64,000 bases of DNA from Candidatus Marinacidobacterium sp. (GCA_965220965.1 OZ244852.1:2368001-2432000), one strand, 5' to 3'. Positions 9,913 to 19,142 are shown, counted from the stretch's first letter. Made by a program: numbers and translations. Notes: generated by a model from the letters alone, not told the origin.

Positions 9913-10100
9913 TCCTCGGCGGGCGCCATCAGAATCGCGAGGATCAGGTAGACCAGGATGCCGGGAAAGGCCGCCGAGCAGACGCTCACGAGGACGAAGA
10001 GCACGCGCAGGAGCGTGCGGTCGATGCTCCACCAGTCGGCGAGACCGGCGCAGACGCCGAGCAGCATGCGCCCCTGCATCGGGCGAACGAGCTGGGTCAT
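9909..10100 (-). CDS. PspC domain protein
   Basis: LVRPMQGRMLLGVCAGLA...IDRTLLRVLF...GILVYLILAILM, the typical PspC pattern; SD GGAGGAG. Confidence 0.88.
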   Translation of the reverse strand: MTQLVRPMQGRMLLGVCAGLADWWSIDRTLLRVLFVLVSVCSAAFPGILVYLILAILMAPAEE

Positions 10101-10140
10101 GGATGTCTCCTCCGTGCGGCGACGGTCTGGAAGGGGCGGG

Positions 10141-10968
10141 TCAGGCCAGCGCTGACATCAGGACCGCCAGGAGGCTGGCGGCGAGCAGGACGAGCGCCCA
10201 CAGGCCATGGCGTCCGCGTTCCTGGCTGAAGACGCCGAAGCGCGAGGCGACCCAGTAGCCGCCGGCGAAGCCTCCGAGGTGGGCGGCGTTGTCGATGCCG
10301 GGGATGAGGAGCCCGAACACCGCCAGAAAGATGACGTAGCGCCAGATCATCCGGGCGAACGCCGAACTCGTCCGGCGGCCGACGTAGAGCAGCGCGCCGA
10401 GCAGGCCGCACACCGAGGCCGAGGCCCCCACCGTGAAGCCGGCGCCGCCGAGTCCGGGAATCGGGATGGACGCCGCCCCGAGGAACGACGACAGCAGGAA
10501 CCCGCTCATCGCCGCCACCTGGTAGATCACCAGGGTTCGCGCCGGCCCGAACTCCTGGCTGACGGCCGGGAACAGGTTCCACAGCCAGTACATGTTGAAC
10601 AGGATGTGGAGCAGCCCCCCGTGGAGCCACCCGGCGCTGAACACCGTGTACCACTTGCCGGCGGCGAACACCGGAAGCGCTCCGGAGGCGCCGAGCAGGT
10701 AGAGCACCTGACCGTCCGGACTCAGGAAGCCGAGAAACCCCCCAACCCCGATCCGGGCGCCGCTGAGGAGAAGCGCCAGCCCGAAGAGGACGGCGTTCGC
10801 GCCAATGAGCGCGGTCTGGACCGCCGGGCCGTCGAACCGCAGCATCGAGGCGAACCCGAACATCCCCGGATTGCGCCGCCCGCAGGACAGGCACTCCTCG
10901 TCCCGCACCCCGACGAGCTGGCCGCAACCCGGACACAGGACCGAGCCGGACCGCTGCCGTCCGATCAT
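10141..10968 (-). CDS. Rhomboid family intramembrane serine protease with N-terminal zinc-ribbon
   Basis: HGGLLHILFNM, GASAS catalytic Ser, AHLGG catalytic His; N-terminal CPGC...CLSC. Confidence 0.9.
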   Translation of the reverse strand: MIGRQRSGSVLCPGCGQLVGVRDEECLSCGRRNPGMFGFASMLRFDGPAVQTALIGANAVLFGLALLLSGARIGVGGFLGFLSPDGQVLYLLGASGALPVFAAGKWYTVFSAGWLHGGLLHILFNMYWLWNLFPAVSQEFGPARTLVIYQVAAMSGFLLSSFLGAASIPIPGLGGAGFTVGASASVCGLLGALLYVGRRTSSAFARMIWRYVIFLAVFGLLIPGIDNAAHLGGFAGGYWVASRFGVFSQERGRHGLWALVLLAASLLAVLMSALA

Positions 10969-10976
10969 CGCGCCTC

Positions 10977-12098
10977 CTATTCTGCCACGGCGTCATCGTC
11001 GAAATAGTCGCGCACCGCCGCGACGACGCGGTCCGCTTCGGCCTCGGTGATGCCGGGGTGGAAGGGCAGGCTGACGACCTCGTCGGCCGCCCGGATCGCC
11101 TCGGGAAAGGCCTCCTCCGGCGTCGCGCCCTGGGTCCGGAACGCCGGCTGCAGCGGAAGCGGAACCGGGTAGTGGATCAGCGTCTCCACGCCGGCGGCGT
11201 GGAGGCTCGAGCGGAGCGCGTCGCGCCTCGGGCTCCTCAGGACGAACAGGTGGCGGGCGCTCTCGTCGGACCGGTCGGCGGCGACGAGCCCGACGGGAAG
11301 CCCCCCGAGACCCTCCCGATACCGGCGGGCGAGGCGGCGACGGGCGCGCAGCCCGGCGTCCAGTCGGGCGAGCCGGACCGAGAGCACCGCCGCCTGGAGC
11401 TCGTCGAGGCGGCTGTTCCAACCGGGCCAGCCGTGCGCGTGACGGGCGATCTGCCCTCCGTTCCGGAAGCGGCGCACCCGACGGGCGATGTCGTCATCAT
11501 CGGTCGCGACGAGTCCCGCGTCGCCGAGCGCCCCCAGGTTCTTCGTGGGGTAGAAGCTGAACGCTGCCGCCAGCCCGAGCCCGCCGACCGGGCGGCCGCC
11601 GAAACGCGCCCCGTGCGCCTGACTCGCGTCCTCGATGACCGGCACGCCATGGGCCCGCGCCGCGTCGAGGACTCGGTCGAAGCGCGGCGGGGCGGAGCCG
11701 TAGAGGTGCACCGGAACGACCGCCCGGAACCGTCCGGTGGCGATCGCGGCTTCGGCCGCGGTCGCATCCATCCCGAGGGAGTGCGGCTCCACGTCGCAGA
11801 ACGCGACGGCGGCGCCGGTCCGCCGGATGCCCACACCGGTGTAACCCGCCGAGAACGCCGAAGTGAGGACGCGGTCCCCGGGCCCGACCCCGGCAGCGAC
11901 GAGCGCGAGGGTGATCGCGTCGGTCCCGGAAGCGACGCCCACCGCGTGGCGCACCCCCACCGCCTCGGCGAACGCGGACTCGAACGCTTCGACCTCGGGG
12001 CCCAGCACGTAGCGGCCCGAGGCGAGCACGCGCTGGATCGCCTCCCGGACGGCGGGGTCATCCGCAGCCTCGAGCCGCGCGAACCGGACGGATTCCAC
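10977..12098 (-). CDS. DegT/DnrJ/EryC1/StrS PLP-dependent sugar aminotransferase
   Basis: SGTDAI, PVHLYG, EDASQAHG, FSFYPTKNLGALGDAG, NSRLDELQAA, IHYP. Confidence 0.93.
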   Translation of the reverse strand: MESVRFARLEAADDPAVREAIQRVLASGRYVLGPEVEAFESAFAEAVGVRHAVGVASGTDAITLALVAAGVGPGDRVLTSAFSAGYTGVGIRRTGAAVAFCDVEPHSLGMDATAAEAAIATGRFRAVVPVHLYGSAPPRFDRVLDAARAHGVPVIEDASQAHGARFGGRPVGGLGLAAAFSFYPTKNLGALGDAGLVATDDDDIARRVRRFRNGGQIARHAHGWPGWNSRLDELQAAVLSVRLARLDAGLRARRRLARRYREGLGGLPVGLVAADRSDESARHLFVLRSPRRDALRSSLHAAGVETLIHYPVPLPLQPAFRTQGATPEEAFPEAIRAADEVVSLPFHPGITEAEADRVVAAVRDYFDDDAVAE

Positions 12099-12103
12099 AG
12101 CCT

Positions 12104-13117
12104 CTATTTCGTCGGCGGCCCCCCGGCGGTTCCCGCCAGGCGGCGGAAGGCCCTCACCGTGTGGCGCAGGCCATCCCGGAGGGACACCGACGGCGCCCAG
12201 GCGAGGTCCCGCCGGATCCGCGACGCGTCGCAGTGGATTCCTCCGACGGCGATCGCGCGATCCGTTGCGGCGAGCGGGAACGTGCTCACCCGGAGCGGCG
12301 CCCCCACGGCGTCGAACACCGCTTCGGCGAACTCGAGGAGTGTCACCGGAGCCCCGCCCAGGTTCCAGACGCCGGAGGGCGCCCCGGGGCGGCCGGCCAG
12401 CAGGAGCGCTTCGACGACCTCGTCCACGTGGAGCGGGTCCCGCAGCAGATCCGGGTCGCCGAAGAGGTGGATCTCCTCGCCGCGGAGCGCGCGCTCCAGG
12501 AAGGCGCCGCTGAACCCGGCGCCCGGCCCGTCGAGCGGCTGGCCGGGGCCATAGGTGTTCGTGAGGCGCAGCGCCGCACAGCCGCCGTCTTCCGGAGCGA
12601 GCAGCCGCAGAAGGTGTTCCGCGGCCTCCTTGTGGACCGAGTGGACATCGGGAGGCCGCACAGGGTGATCCTCGTTCACCGGGAGGGACTCGGCGGCGCC
12701 GTAGAGCTGGCGCGTGCTCGCCAGCACGACCCGGGTCGAACCGCCCACCGAGCGCATGACGCCGAGGAGCCCCATGACGTTGTCCTCGAAGTCGGCGACC
12801 GGGTTCTCCATGCTGGCGCGGTGGCCGTTCGCCGCGGCGAGATGGAAGACGACTTCGGCTTCCCGCAGCAGGTTCCTCGCTGCGCCGGGTCGCGCGAGGT
12901 CGGCGCGGTGAAACCTGGCGCCCTTGGGCGCCCCGGAGAGTCCGGCGCGATCCACCCCGGTCACCGCGGTCCCGGCCCTCGCCAGCGCGGCGAGCAACCG
13001 CCGCCCGATGAACCCGGCGGCCCCGGTCACCACGACCTCCCGGCTGCGGAAGCCGGCGGCCGCCGCGGTCACCCGCTCGCCGACCCCGGCGGGGGAAGAC
13101 GGAGGCCCGGGATCCAC
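12104..13117 (-). CDS. NAD-dependent epimerase/dehydratase (extended SDR)
   Basis: VTGAAGFIG, HLAA, STRQLYG, LRLTNTYGPG; the catalytic YxxxK appears as HSVHK. Start GTG 13117 inferred from the -10 element; the ORF-track extension to 14014 is the antisense shadow of rsmI. Confidence 0.85.
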   Translation of the reverse strand: MDPGPPSSPAGVGERVTAAAAGFRSREVVVTGAAGFIGRRLLAALARAGTAVTGVDRAGLSGAPKGARFHRADLARPGAARNLLREAEVVFHLAAANGHRASMENPVADFEDNVMGLLGVMRSVGGSTRVVLASTRQLYGAAESLPVNEDHPVRPPDVHSVHKEAAEHLLRLLAPEDGGCAALRLTNTYGPGQPLDGPGAGFSGAFLERALRGEEIHLFGDPDLLRDPLHVDEVVEALLLAGRPGAPSGVWNLGGAPVTLLEFAEAVFDAVGAPLRVSTFPLAATDRAIAVGGIHCDASRIRRDLAWAPSVSLRDGLRHTVRAFRRLAGTAGGPPTK

Positions 13118-13170
13118 GGCGGGGAGCGTACCGGTCTCCCGGGCGCCGCTACGCTCCGCGCCGTGGACCC
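13110..13170. promoter_or_regulatory. Inverted repeat carrying back-to-back -10 elements and start codons of two divergent genes
   Basis: + arm 13150-13170 TACGCTCCGCGCCGTGGACCC and - arm 13130-13110 TACGCTCCCCGCCGTGGATCC are 19/21 identical. Each arm is TACGCT, 7 nt, then an in-frame GTG. Confidence 0.6.
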
Positions 13171-13888
13171 ACGCGACCGTCCCGAAGCCCGCCCGGGCGC
13201 GCTGTTCGTGGTGGCCACCCCCATCGGGAACCTTGAAGATCTGTCGCCGCGGGCGGCCCGGGTGCTCGCCGAGGTCCCCCGGATCGCGTGCGAGGACACC
13301 CGGGTGACCGGCAGGCTCCGGGCGCGCTTCGGCTTCACCGCGCGGCTCGTCTCGCTCCATGAACACAACGAGCGCGACCGCGTTCCCCGCCTCGTGCAGG
13401 GGCTTCTCGCCGGCGAGGATCTCGCGCTCGTCACCGACGCCGGAACCCCGCTGATTTCGGATCCCGGCTACCGGCTCGTGCGGGCCGCCCGGGCCGCGGG
13501 GGTTCCGGTGCGGACGGCGCCGGGGCCATCCGCGGTCACGGCGGCGCTTTCCGTGTCGGGCCTCCCCACCGACGCCTTCACGTTCCTGGGGTTTCCGCCG
13601 CCGCGGGCCGGCGGGCGCCGCAAGCGGTTCCTCGAGCGGGCCGCCAACGCGGCCGGGTCGCTCGTGATGTTCGAATCGGCCCGTCGGGCCGCCCGCCTGC
13701 TCGACGAACTCGCCGAGACTCTGGGGCCCCGCGAGGCCTCCCTGTCGCGGGAGATGACCAAGCTCCACGAGGAACACTGGGCGGGCCTGCTGCCCGAACT
13801 CGCCGAGCGGGCGCGGCGCGAGCCCCCCCGCGGAGAGGTCACGCTGGTAGTGGCGCCGGAGGGCCGCCGGAGGGCTTCCCCGGCGTAG
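13163..13888 (+). CDS. rsmI: 16S rRNA C1402 2'-O-methyltransferase
   Basis: LFVVATPIGNLEDLSPRA, ACEDTR, DAGTPLISDPG, PGPSA, REMTKLHEE, RGEVTLVV. Confidence 0.95.
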   Translation: MDPRDRPEARPGALFVVATPIGNLEDLSPRAARVLAEVPRIACEDTRVTGRLRARFGFTARLVSLHEHNERDRVPRLVQGLLAGEDLALVTDAGTPLISDPGYRLVRAARAAGVPVRTAPGPSAVTAALSVSGLPTDAFTFLGFPPPRAGGRRKRFLERAANAAGSLVMFESARRAARLLDELAETLGPREASLSREMTKLHEEHWAGLLPELAERARREPPRGEVTLVVAPEGRRRASPA

Positions 13889-14061
13889 AATTTCCCGGTC
13901 AGGGGGCTTCGACGGGCGGCGAATCACCGACCGCCAGGCATCCGTCCCGGAAGCGGTCGCCGCGGGCGCGGCGAGCCCTTCCCGGGTCTTCCCCCGGACC
14001 CTCCCCTTTCTCACCTTCCCGTGAGGTCCCGGATCACTGCCGGCCGGGCGTCAGGAGATTC

Positions 14062-15231
14062 ATGAACTTCCTCCTTCTCTGCTCCGAGGGCCCCGCGGGG
14101 CGGGATCTCCCCTGGCGGGGGACCACGGTGGCGGAAGCCGCCGCCCGGGCCGCCGCGCCGCTCGTTTCGGACGGCGCGGTCGCGCTCGTGGTCGGCGCCC
14201 CCGCCCCGGATGTCCGACTCCCCGACGGTTTCGAGACCGCCACCCCGAAGGAGGCCGCCGCCCGGCTCCGGGCTCTCCCGGAGGGATCTTCGGGACTCGC
14301 GCTCGCCGCCGGGGTCTGCGATCCGCCGCTCGACCGGCTCGGCGGCCTGATCGAGGGCGTCACCGCCGAACGGCCGGCGCCGCTGCTGAATCAGGCCGGC
14401 CACCTGATCGCCGTCGGCTGGACCGCAGCAGCCCTCGCCGATGCGGTCGCGCCAACGTTCGACGAAACCGTCTCCGGCGTGGAGCTGCCCCGCCGCGCGA
14501 ATCGCGTCCTCGGCGTCGTCCGGATCTCGGGCGCGGCGAGCTGGTCGGAAGCCCTGTTGACCGATCGGCGGCGCACCGCCCGCAACCTCCTTCAGGCGGG
14601 GGTTCTCGTCGAGGATCCCGACACGCTGTGGGCCGACGCGACCTGCCGGATCGAGCCGGGGGCGCGCATCGGACCCTCGGTCATGCTGCTGGGAAGCACC
14701 AGCGTCGCCGCCGGCGCCGAGGTGTCGGCCTTCTGCCGACTGGAGAACACCGAGGTCCGGGCCGGGGCGCGGGTCCTGACCCACACCACGATCTCCGACA
14801 GCGTCATCGGCCGCGAAGCGAAGGTGGGACCCTTCGCCCACATCCGGCCGAACACCCGGCTCGAGCCGGGCGCCTTCGCCGGCGCCTTCACCGAGACCAA
14901 GAACGCCGTGCTCGGGAGGAACTCCGCGCTGCCGCATCTCTCCTACCTCGGAGACGCCGAGGTGGCCCACCGGGTGAACCTGGGCGCGGGGACGATCACC
15001 TGCAACTACGACGGCCGGGGCAAGCACAAGACGGTGATCGAGGCCGGGGCGTTCGTCGGCAGCAACGCGATCCTGGTGGCGCCGGTCCGGATCGGACGCC
15101 GGGCCTTCGTCGCCGCCGGATCCGTCATCGTGGAGGATGTCCCGGATGAGGCGATGGCGATCGCGCGGGGCCGGCAGGCGGTGAAACCGGGACGGGCCGC
15201 GGGACGCTTCGAGGGAGCGGACGAGGTCTGA
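14062..15231 (+). CDS. glmU: GlmU-like protein: intact hexapeptide acetyltransferase domain, degenerate N-terminal uridyltransferase domain
   Basis: C-terminal GPFAHIRP, HLSYLGDA, NLGAGTITCNYDGRGKHKT, FVGSNAILVAPV. The N-terminus lacks LAAGxGTRM/PKxL and the protein is short (389 aa). SD AGGAG. Confidence 0.8.
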   Translation: MNFLLLCSEGPAGRDLPWRGTTVAEAAARAAAPLVSDGAVALVVGAPAPDVRLPDGFETATPKEAAARLRALPEGSSGLALAAGVCDPPLDRLGGLIEGVTAERPAPLLNQAGHLIAVGWTAAALADAVAPTFDETVSGVELPRRANRVLGVVRISGAASWSEALLTDRRRTARNLLQAGVLVEDPDTLWADATCRIEPGARIGPSVMLLGSTSVAAGAEVSAFCRLENTEVRAGARVLTHTTISDSVIGREAKVGPFAHIRPNTRLEPGAFAGAFTETKNAVLGRNSALPHLSYLGDAEVAHRVNLGAGTITCNYDGRGKHKTVIEAGAFVGSNAILVAPVRIGRRAFVAAGSVIVEDVPDEAMAIARGRQAVKPGRAAGRFEGADEV

Positions 15232-15271
15232 GCGCGAGACCCCGGACCCGACCCGCAAACGGCGCATCAGG

Positions 15272-16366
15272 GTGACGCCCCTCCCGCCGGCCGAGCGGAC
15301 CGCGCTCTGGTCCGAGATCCGGGAGCAGCCGGCGGCGGCGCGCCGCGCCCTCGAGAAGCTCGCCGCTGGCGCAACCGCGCGCCGGGCCGCGCTCGCCGGG
15401 CGCCTCGGCGGGGAGGTCGTGCTGACCGGCGCCGGGACCAGTCGCCACGCGGCGGAGGCGGCGGCCGCGACCTGGCGCCGGGATCTGGGACTCGCGGCGC
15501 GCGCCGCCGCAGTCACCGGGTTCGACGCCGCCGGCGAGAAGCCCTCGGCCATCGTCGCCATCACCCAGTCGGGGGCGACCGGAAGCGTTCTCCGACTCCT
15601 CCGCGAAGCCGGGCGACAGTCCGTCTTCCGGGTGGTCGTCACGAACGCCCCCGAGAGCGAGGCGGCGGAGCGCGCCGACCTGACGCTCGTGACGCCGGCC
15701 GGACCGGAGCGGGCGATCCCCGCCACGAAGTCGTTCACGAGCGCGCTGGTCGCCCTGCTCGCGCTCGGCCGGGACTGGGCGGCGGCCGGGGGGACAGCGC
15801 CCGCGGCGCGACTCGAGGCCGCGGACCGCGTCGCCGCGGCGGCCCCCGGGCTGCTGGCGGCGGCGGTGGCGCAGGACGACCGCATCTCCCGCTTCGGAAG
15901 CGCGGCGGCGCGCCCGGGTCCGTGGTTCTTCCTCGGGGGCGCCGGGCTCCGCCCGCTGGCGCGGGAAGGAGCGCTCAAGATGGCGGAGACGGCGGTCGTC
16001 CCGGCGATGGAGCTTCCGGCGGGCGAACTGGCTCACGGCCCGGCGGCGCTCCTCACGCCGGAGACGCCGGTGGTCGTGGTCTCCGGGGACGCGAGGCCGG
16101 GACCCGCCGAGGCCCGATCCCTCGAGGCCGCGCGGTCCGCCGGCGCTCCGGTGGTCCGGATCGCGCCCGGGCCGGCGCCCGCTCGGCCCGCGGCGCGCGA
16201 GACCGGTGTGGATCTTCCGGCGCCCGCGGAGGCGGTCGGGGCCCCGGCCGCGCTCGCGTTCTTCGCGGCGCCGCTGCTCCAGCTTCTCGCCTTCCACACC
16301 GGCCGCCAGCTCGGCAGGGACGTGGACCGGCCCCCGCGTCTCGGCAAGGCGGTCGGCGATGACTGA
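15272..16366 (+). CDS. Double-SIS-domain protein homologous to the GlmS isomerase half; no glutaminase domain
   Basis: EIREQP, GTSRHAA, TQSGAT, PATKSFT, EGALKMAE, GELAHGP, C-terminal DVDRPPRLGKAV (cf. GlmS PRNLAKSV). No N-terminal CGI Ntn domain. Confidence 0.8.
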   Translation: MTPLPPAERTALWSEIREQPAAARRALEKLAAGATARRAALAGRLGGEVVLTGAGTSRHAAEAAAATWRRDLGLAARAAAVTGFDAAGEKPSAIVAITQSGATGSVLRLLREAGRQSVFRVVVTNAPESEAAERADLTLVTPAGPERAIPATKSFTSALVALLALGRDWAAAGGTAPAARLEAADRVAAAAPGLLAAAVAQDDRISRFGSAAARPGPWFFLGGAGLRPLAREGALKMAETAVVPAMELPAGELAHGPAALLTPETPVVVVSGDARPGPAEARSLEAARSAGAPVVRIAPGPAPARPAARETGVDLPAPAEAVGAPAALAFFAAPLLQLLAFHTGRQLGRDVDRPPRLGKAVGDD

Positions 16367-18563
16367 AGACGCCGCCCCGGGGCGCGACGGTCGACTTCGC
16401 GAGGTTCTCGAGGGACTGAACCCGTCGCAGCGGGCGGCGGTGACGGCCCCGGCCGGACCGATCCTCGTCTTCGCCGGCGCCGGCTCCGGCAAGACCCGCG
16501 TCATCACCCGCCGGATCGCCTGGCTCGTGCTGGAGGAGGGCGCGCGTCCCGACTCGATCCTGGCGGTGACCTTCACGAACAAGGCCGCCCGCGAAATGCG
16601 CGACCGCGTGGAGTCGCTGAGCCGGGGAGCGGCCGCGCTCGAAGACGCGTCCCGCCCCTGGGTCTCGACCTTCCACGCCTTCGCGCTGGCGCTGCTTCGC
16701 CAGTTCAGCCTTGCGGCCGGGCTGCCCACCGGGTTCCCCGTCCTCGGCGCCTCCGAGAGCCGCCTCCTGCTCCGCCGGACCGCCCGGCGCCTCGGGGTGA
16801 ACGACGACCAGATCCCGCTGCGCGCGCTGGTGTCCGGGGTCTCGGCGCTGAGGAACGCCACCGCCGCCGGCGTCGAATGGCGCGGACCGCGCCTTCCGGA
16901 GCGCCGACGGACGGTGGTCGAGGTCGCGGAGGCCTATGAGGAAGAACTGCAGGCCCTCGGGTCGGTCGACTTCGACGACCTGCAGATCCGGGCCCTCGGA
17001 CTGCTCAACGCGCACGAAGACGCGCGCCGGTTCCTGGCCCGCCGGGCCCGCCGGGTGCTGGTGGACGAGTACCAGGACACCAGCCCGCTCCAGCACCTCC
17101 TGCTGAGGAAGCTGGCGCCCCACCGCGACGTGTTTGCGGTCGGGGATGACGACCAGTCCATCTACTCGTTCCGCGGCGCCGACTACCGGAACATCCTCCG
17201 CTTCGAGGAGGACTTCCCCGGCGCCCGGGTCTTCCGTCTGGAAGAGAACTACCGCTCGACCGCGGCGATCCTCGAGGCCGCAAACGCGGTGATCCGGCGG
17301 AACCGGGAGCGGGCCGGGAAGACCCTCCGCGCGATCGGCGACAAGGGCGCCCCGGTGCGGTTCCGGGCTCACGGGAGCGAGACGGACGAGGCCCGGAAGA
17401 TTGCGGCGGACATCCTCGGCTGGGGCGACGCCCGCGGCTCGGTTGCGGTGCTCGTGCGGACGAGGGCCCAGACCCGCGCCTTCGAGGAGGCCTTTGCGGT
17501 CAGACGCATCCCGCACTTCGTGATCGGGGGCCTGCGGTTCTACGAGCGCCGCGAAGTCCTCGACGCCATCGCCTGGGTCCGGGTTGGCGCGCGCGATCGC
17601 GACGACGACGCCTTCCGCCGGGCCCTCGGGTCCCCGGCCCGGGGCGTCGGCCCCCAGTCCCTCGCGCGCATCGCCGAGGCGGCGGGGCTCGAGAAGGTTT
17701 CACTCCTCGAAGCCGCTCGCCGGCTCTCATCCGACCGCGCTTTCGGAGGGCGTCCCGCCACCGGGCTCCGGACCTTCCTCGCCGCCGTCGCGGCGGTCAG
17801 CAAGGCGGCGGAGCTGGGGCCCGAGGCGGCGGTCCGCGCCGCGGTCGAGACCAGCGGCCTCGGGGAGAGCGTCGCCGAGGACCCCGAACGGACGGAGAAC
17901 CTCGCTTCGCTCCGGTCCGCCGCCCGCGAATGGGACGCGGCGAACGGTCCCCGGGAGGGCGGCGACGCCGACGACGCGCCGGGGTCGGGGAGGGCCCGCG
18001 TCGTCGCCTTCCTCGACCAGGTGAGCCTGCTCGCCGCCGAAGACCTCGCCCCGCAGGGGGGCGCGGCGTCCGGGCCGCCGCCGGTGCTCATCATGACCGT
18101 CCACGCCGCCAAGGGCCTCGAGTTCGACCGGGTATTCCTGGCGGGGCTCTGGGAAGGCCTGTTTCCGCACTCGCTTTCGCTCGATTCGCACGCGGGCATC
18201 GAGGAGGAGCGGCGTCTCTTCTATGTGGGCATGACCCGCGCCCGCCGGGAGCTGTTCCTCTCCGCGGCGCCGGGGACGATGGCCTTTCGTCCCCAGGGCG
18301 GGGGCGTCTCGCGATTCCTCCGCGACATCCCGGGGGCGCTGGTGGAGGCTTCCGGACAACCTGCGAGGCCGCCGTCCGCGCGGCGACGCCCGGCGGCCGT
18401 CGTCGCCGGGCTTCGCCGGGGCCAGCGGGTGCACCACCCGAGGTTCGGCGAGGGGAGGGTCGAATCGGTGGACCCGGCCGCCGGCCGCGTCACCGTGGTC
18501 TTTCCCGGGTGGGGCCGGAAGCGCCTCGTGCCGGAGTACGCCCGCCTGCGGATCGTGCGCTGA
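16359..18563 (+). CDS. pcrA: UvrD/PcrA superfamily I DNA helicase
   Basis: AGAGSGKT, TFTNKAA, DEYQD, VGDDDQSIYSFRGA, ENYRST, HAAKGLEF, EERRLFYVGMTRA, and a C-terminal Tudor-like HPRFGEG. Confidence 0.93.
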   Translation: MTEDAAPGRDGRLREVLEGLNPSQRAAVTAPAGPILVFAGAGSGKTRVITRRIAWLVLEEGARPDSILAVTFTNKAAREMRDRVESLSRGAAALEDASRPWVSTFHAFALALLRQFSLAAGLPTGFPVLGASESRLLLRRTARRLGVNDDQIPLRALVSGVSALRNATAAGVEWRGPRLPERRRTVVEVAEAYEEELQALGSVDFDDLQIRALGLLNAHEDARRFLARRARRVLVDEYQDTSPLQHLLLRKLAPHRDVFAVGDDDQSIYSFRGADYRNILRFEEDFPGARVFRLEENYRSTAAILEAANAVIRRNRERAGKTLRAIGDKGAPVRFRAHGSETDEARKIAADILGWGDARGSVAVLVRTRAQTRAFEEAFAVRRIPHFVIGGLRFYERREVLDAIAWVRVGARDRDDDAFRRALGSPARGVGPQSLARIAEAAGLEKVSLLEAARRLSSDRAFGGRPATGLRTFLAAVAAVSKAAELGPEAAVRAAVETSGLGESVAEDPERTENLASLRSAAREWDAANGPREGGDADDAPGSGRARVVAFLDQVSLLAAEDLAPQGGAASGPPPVLIMTVHAAKGLEFDRVFLAGLWEGLFPHSLSLDSHAGIEEERRLFYVGMTRARRELFLSAAPGTMAFRPQGGGVSRFLRDIPGALVEASGQPARPPSARRRPAAVVAGLRRGQRVHHPRFGEGRVESVDPAAGRVTVVFPGWGRKRLVPEYARLRIVR

Positions 18564-18581
18564 GCAGCCCGTGGGGAGGGG

Positions 18582-19142
18582 CTACCCGGTCTTCCCGGCC
18601 AGCTCGGCGAGCCGGTAGACAGCCACCAGCGGGACCCCCACCGACGCCAGCCGCGCGGCCGCGCCCGCTTCGCGGTCCACCAGCGCGAGCGCGCCCATGA
18701 CCTCGAAGCCGGCCTCCCGCGCCGCTTCGACGGCGCGAAGGGTCGAGCCCCCGGTCGTCGCGGTGTCCTCGAGGATCACCGCAGGACCCGACGGCGCCTC
18801 CACACCCTCGACGAGGCGGCCGCGCCCGTGCCCCTTCCCCTCCTTCCGCACGAAGAACCCGTGGAGCTCCCGCCCCGCGGCGCCGGCGGCGCCGGCCAGC
18901 GCGGTGGCCAGGGGGATGGCGCCCGCCGCCATCCCTCCGACCGCGGCCGGCGCCCACCCCGCGTCGTCAAGCGCGGCAAGAAGCACGCGGCCGAGAAGGG
19001 GGACGGCGTCGGCGCGCATCACGGTGAGCCGAGCGTCCAGGTAAACGCTGGAAGTTCCGCCGTGGGCAAGCCGGAACTCGCCGAATCGCAAGGACTCCCG
19101 CCGCAACAGCGCGGCGAGCGCCGCGCGGTCGACGGCGCTCAC
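18582..19142 (-). CDS. pyrE: Orotate phosphoribosyltransferase
   Basis: FGEFRLAHG, YLDAR, VRKEGKGHG loop, ILEDTATTGGS PRPP motif, VDR. Confidence 0.92.
   Translation of the reverse strand: MSAVDRAALAALLRRESLRFGEFRLAHGGTSSVYLDARLTVMRADAVPLLGRVLLAALDDAGWAPAAVGGMAAGAIPLATALAGAAGAAGRELHGFFVRKEGKGHGRGRLVEGVEAPSGPAVILEDTATTGGSTLRAVEAAREAGFEVMGALALVDREAGAAARLASVGVPLVAVYRLAELAGKTG

Noticed and set aside
13898-14061. glmS ribozyme, FMN riboswitch, tmRNA or RNase P RNA after rsmI
   Set aside because: No AGCGCC...GACGAGG core, only a fragmentary FMN-like 5' part, no GAGGAAAGTCC, and too short for tmRNA or rnpB. Kept only as an unassigned structured leader.
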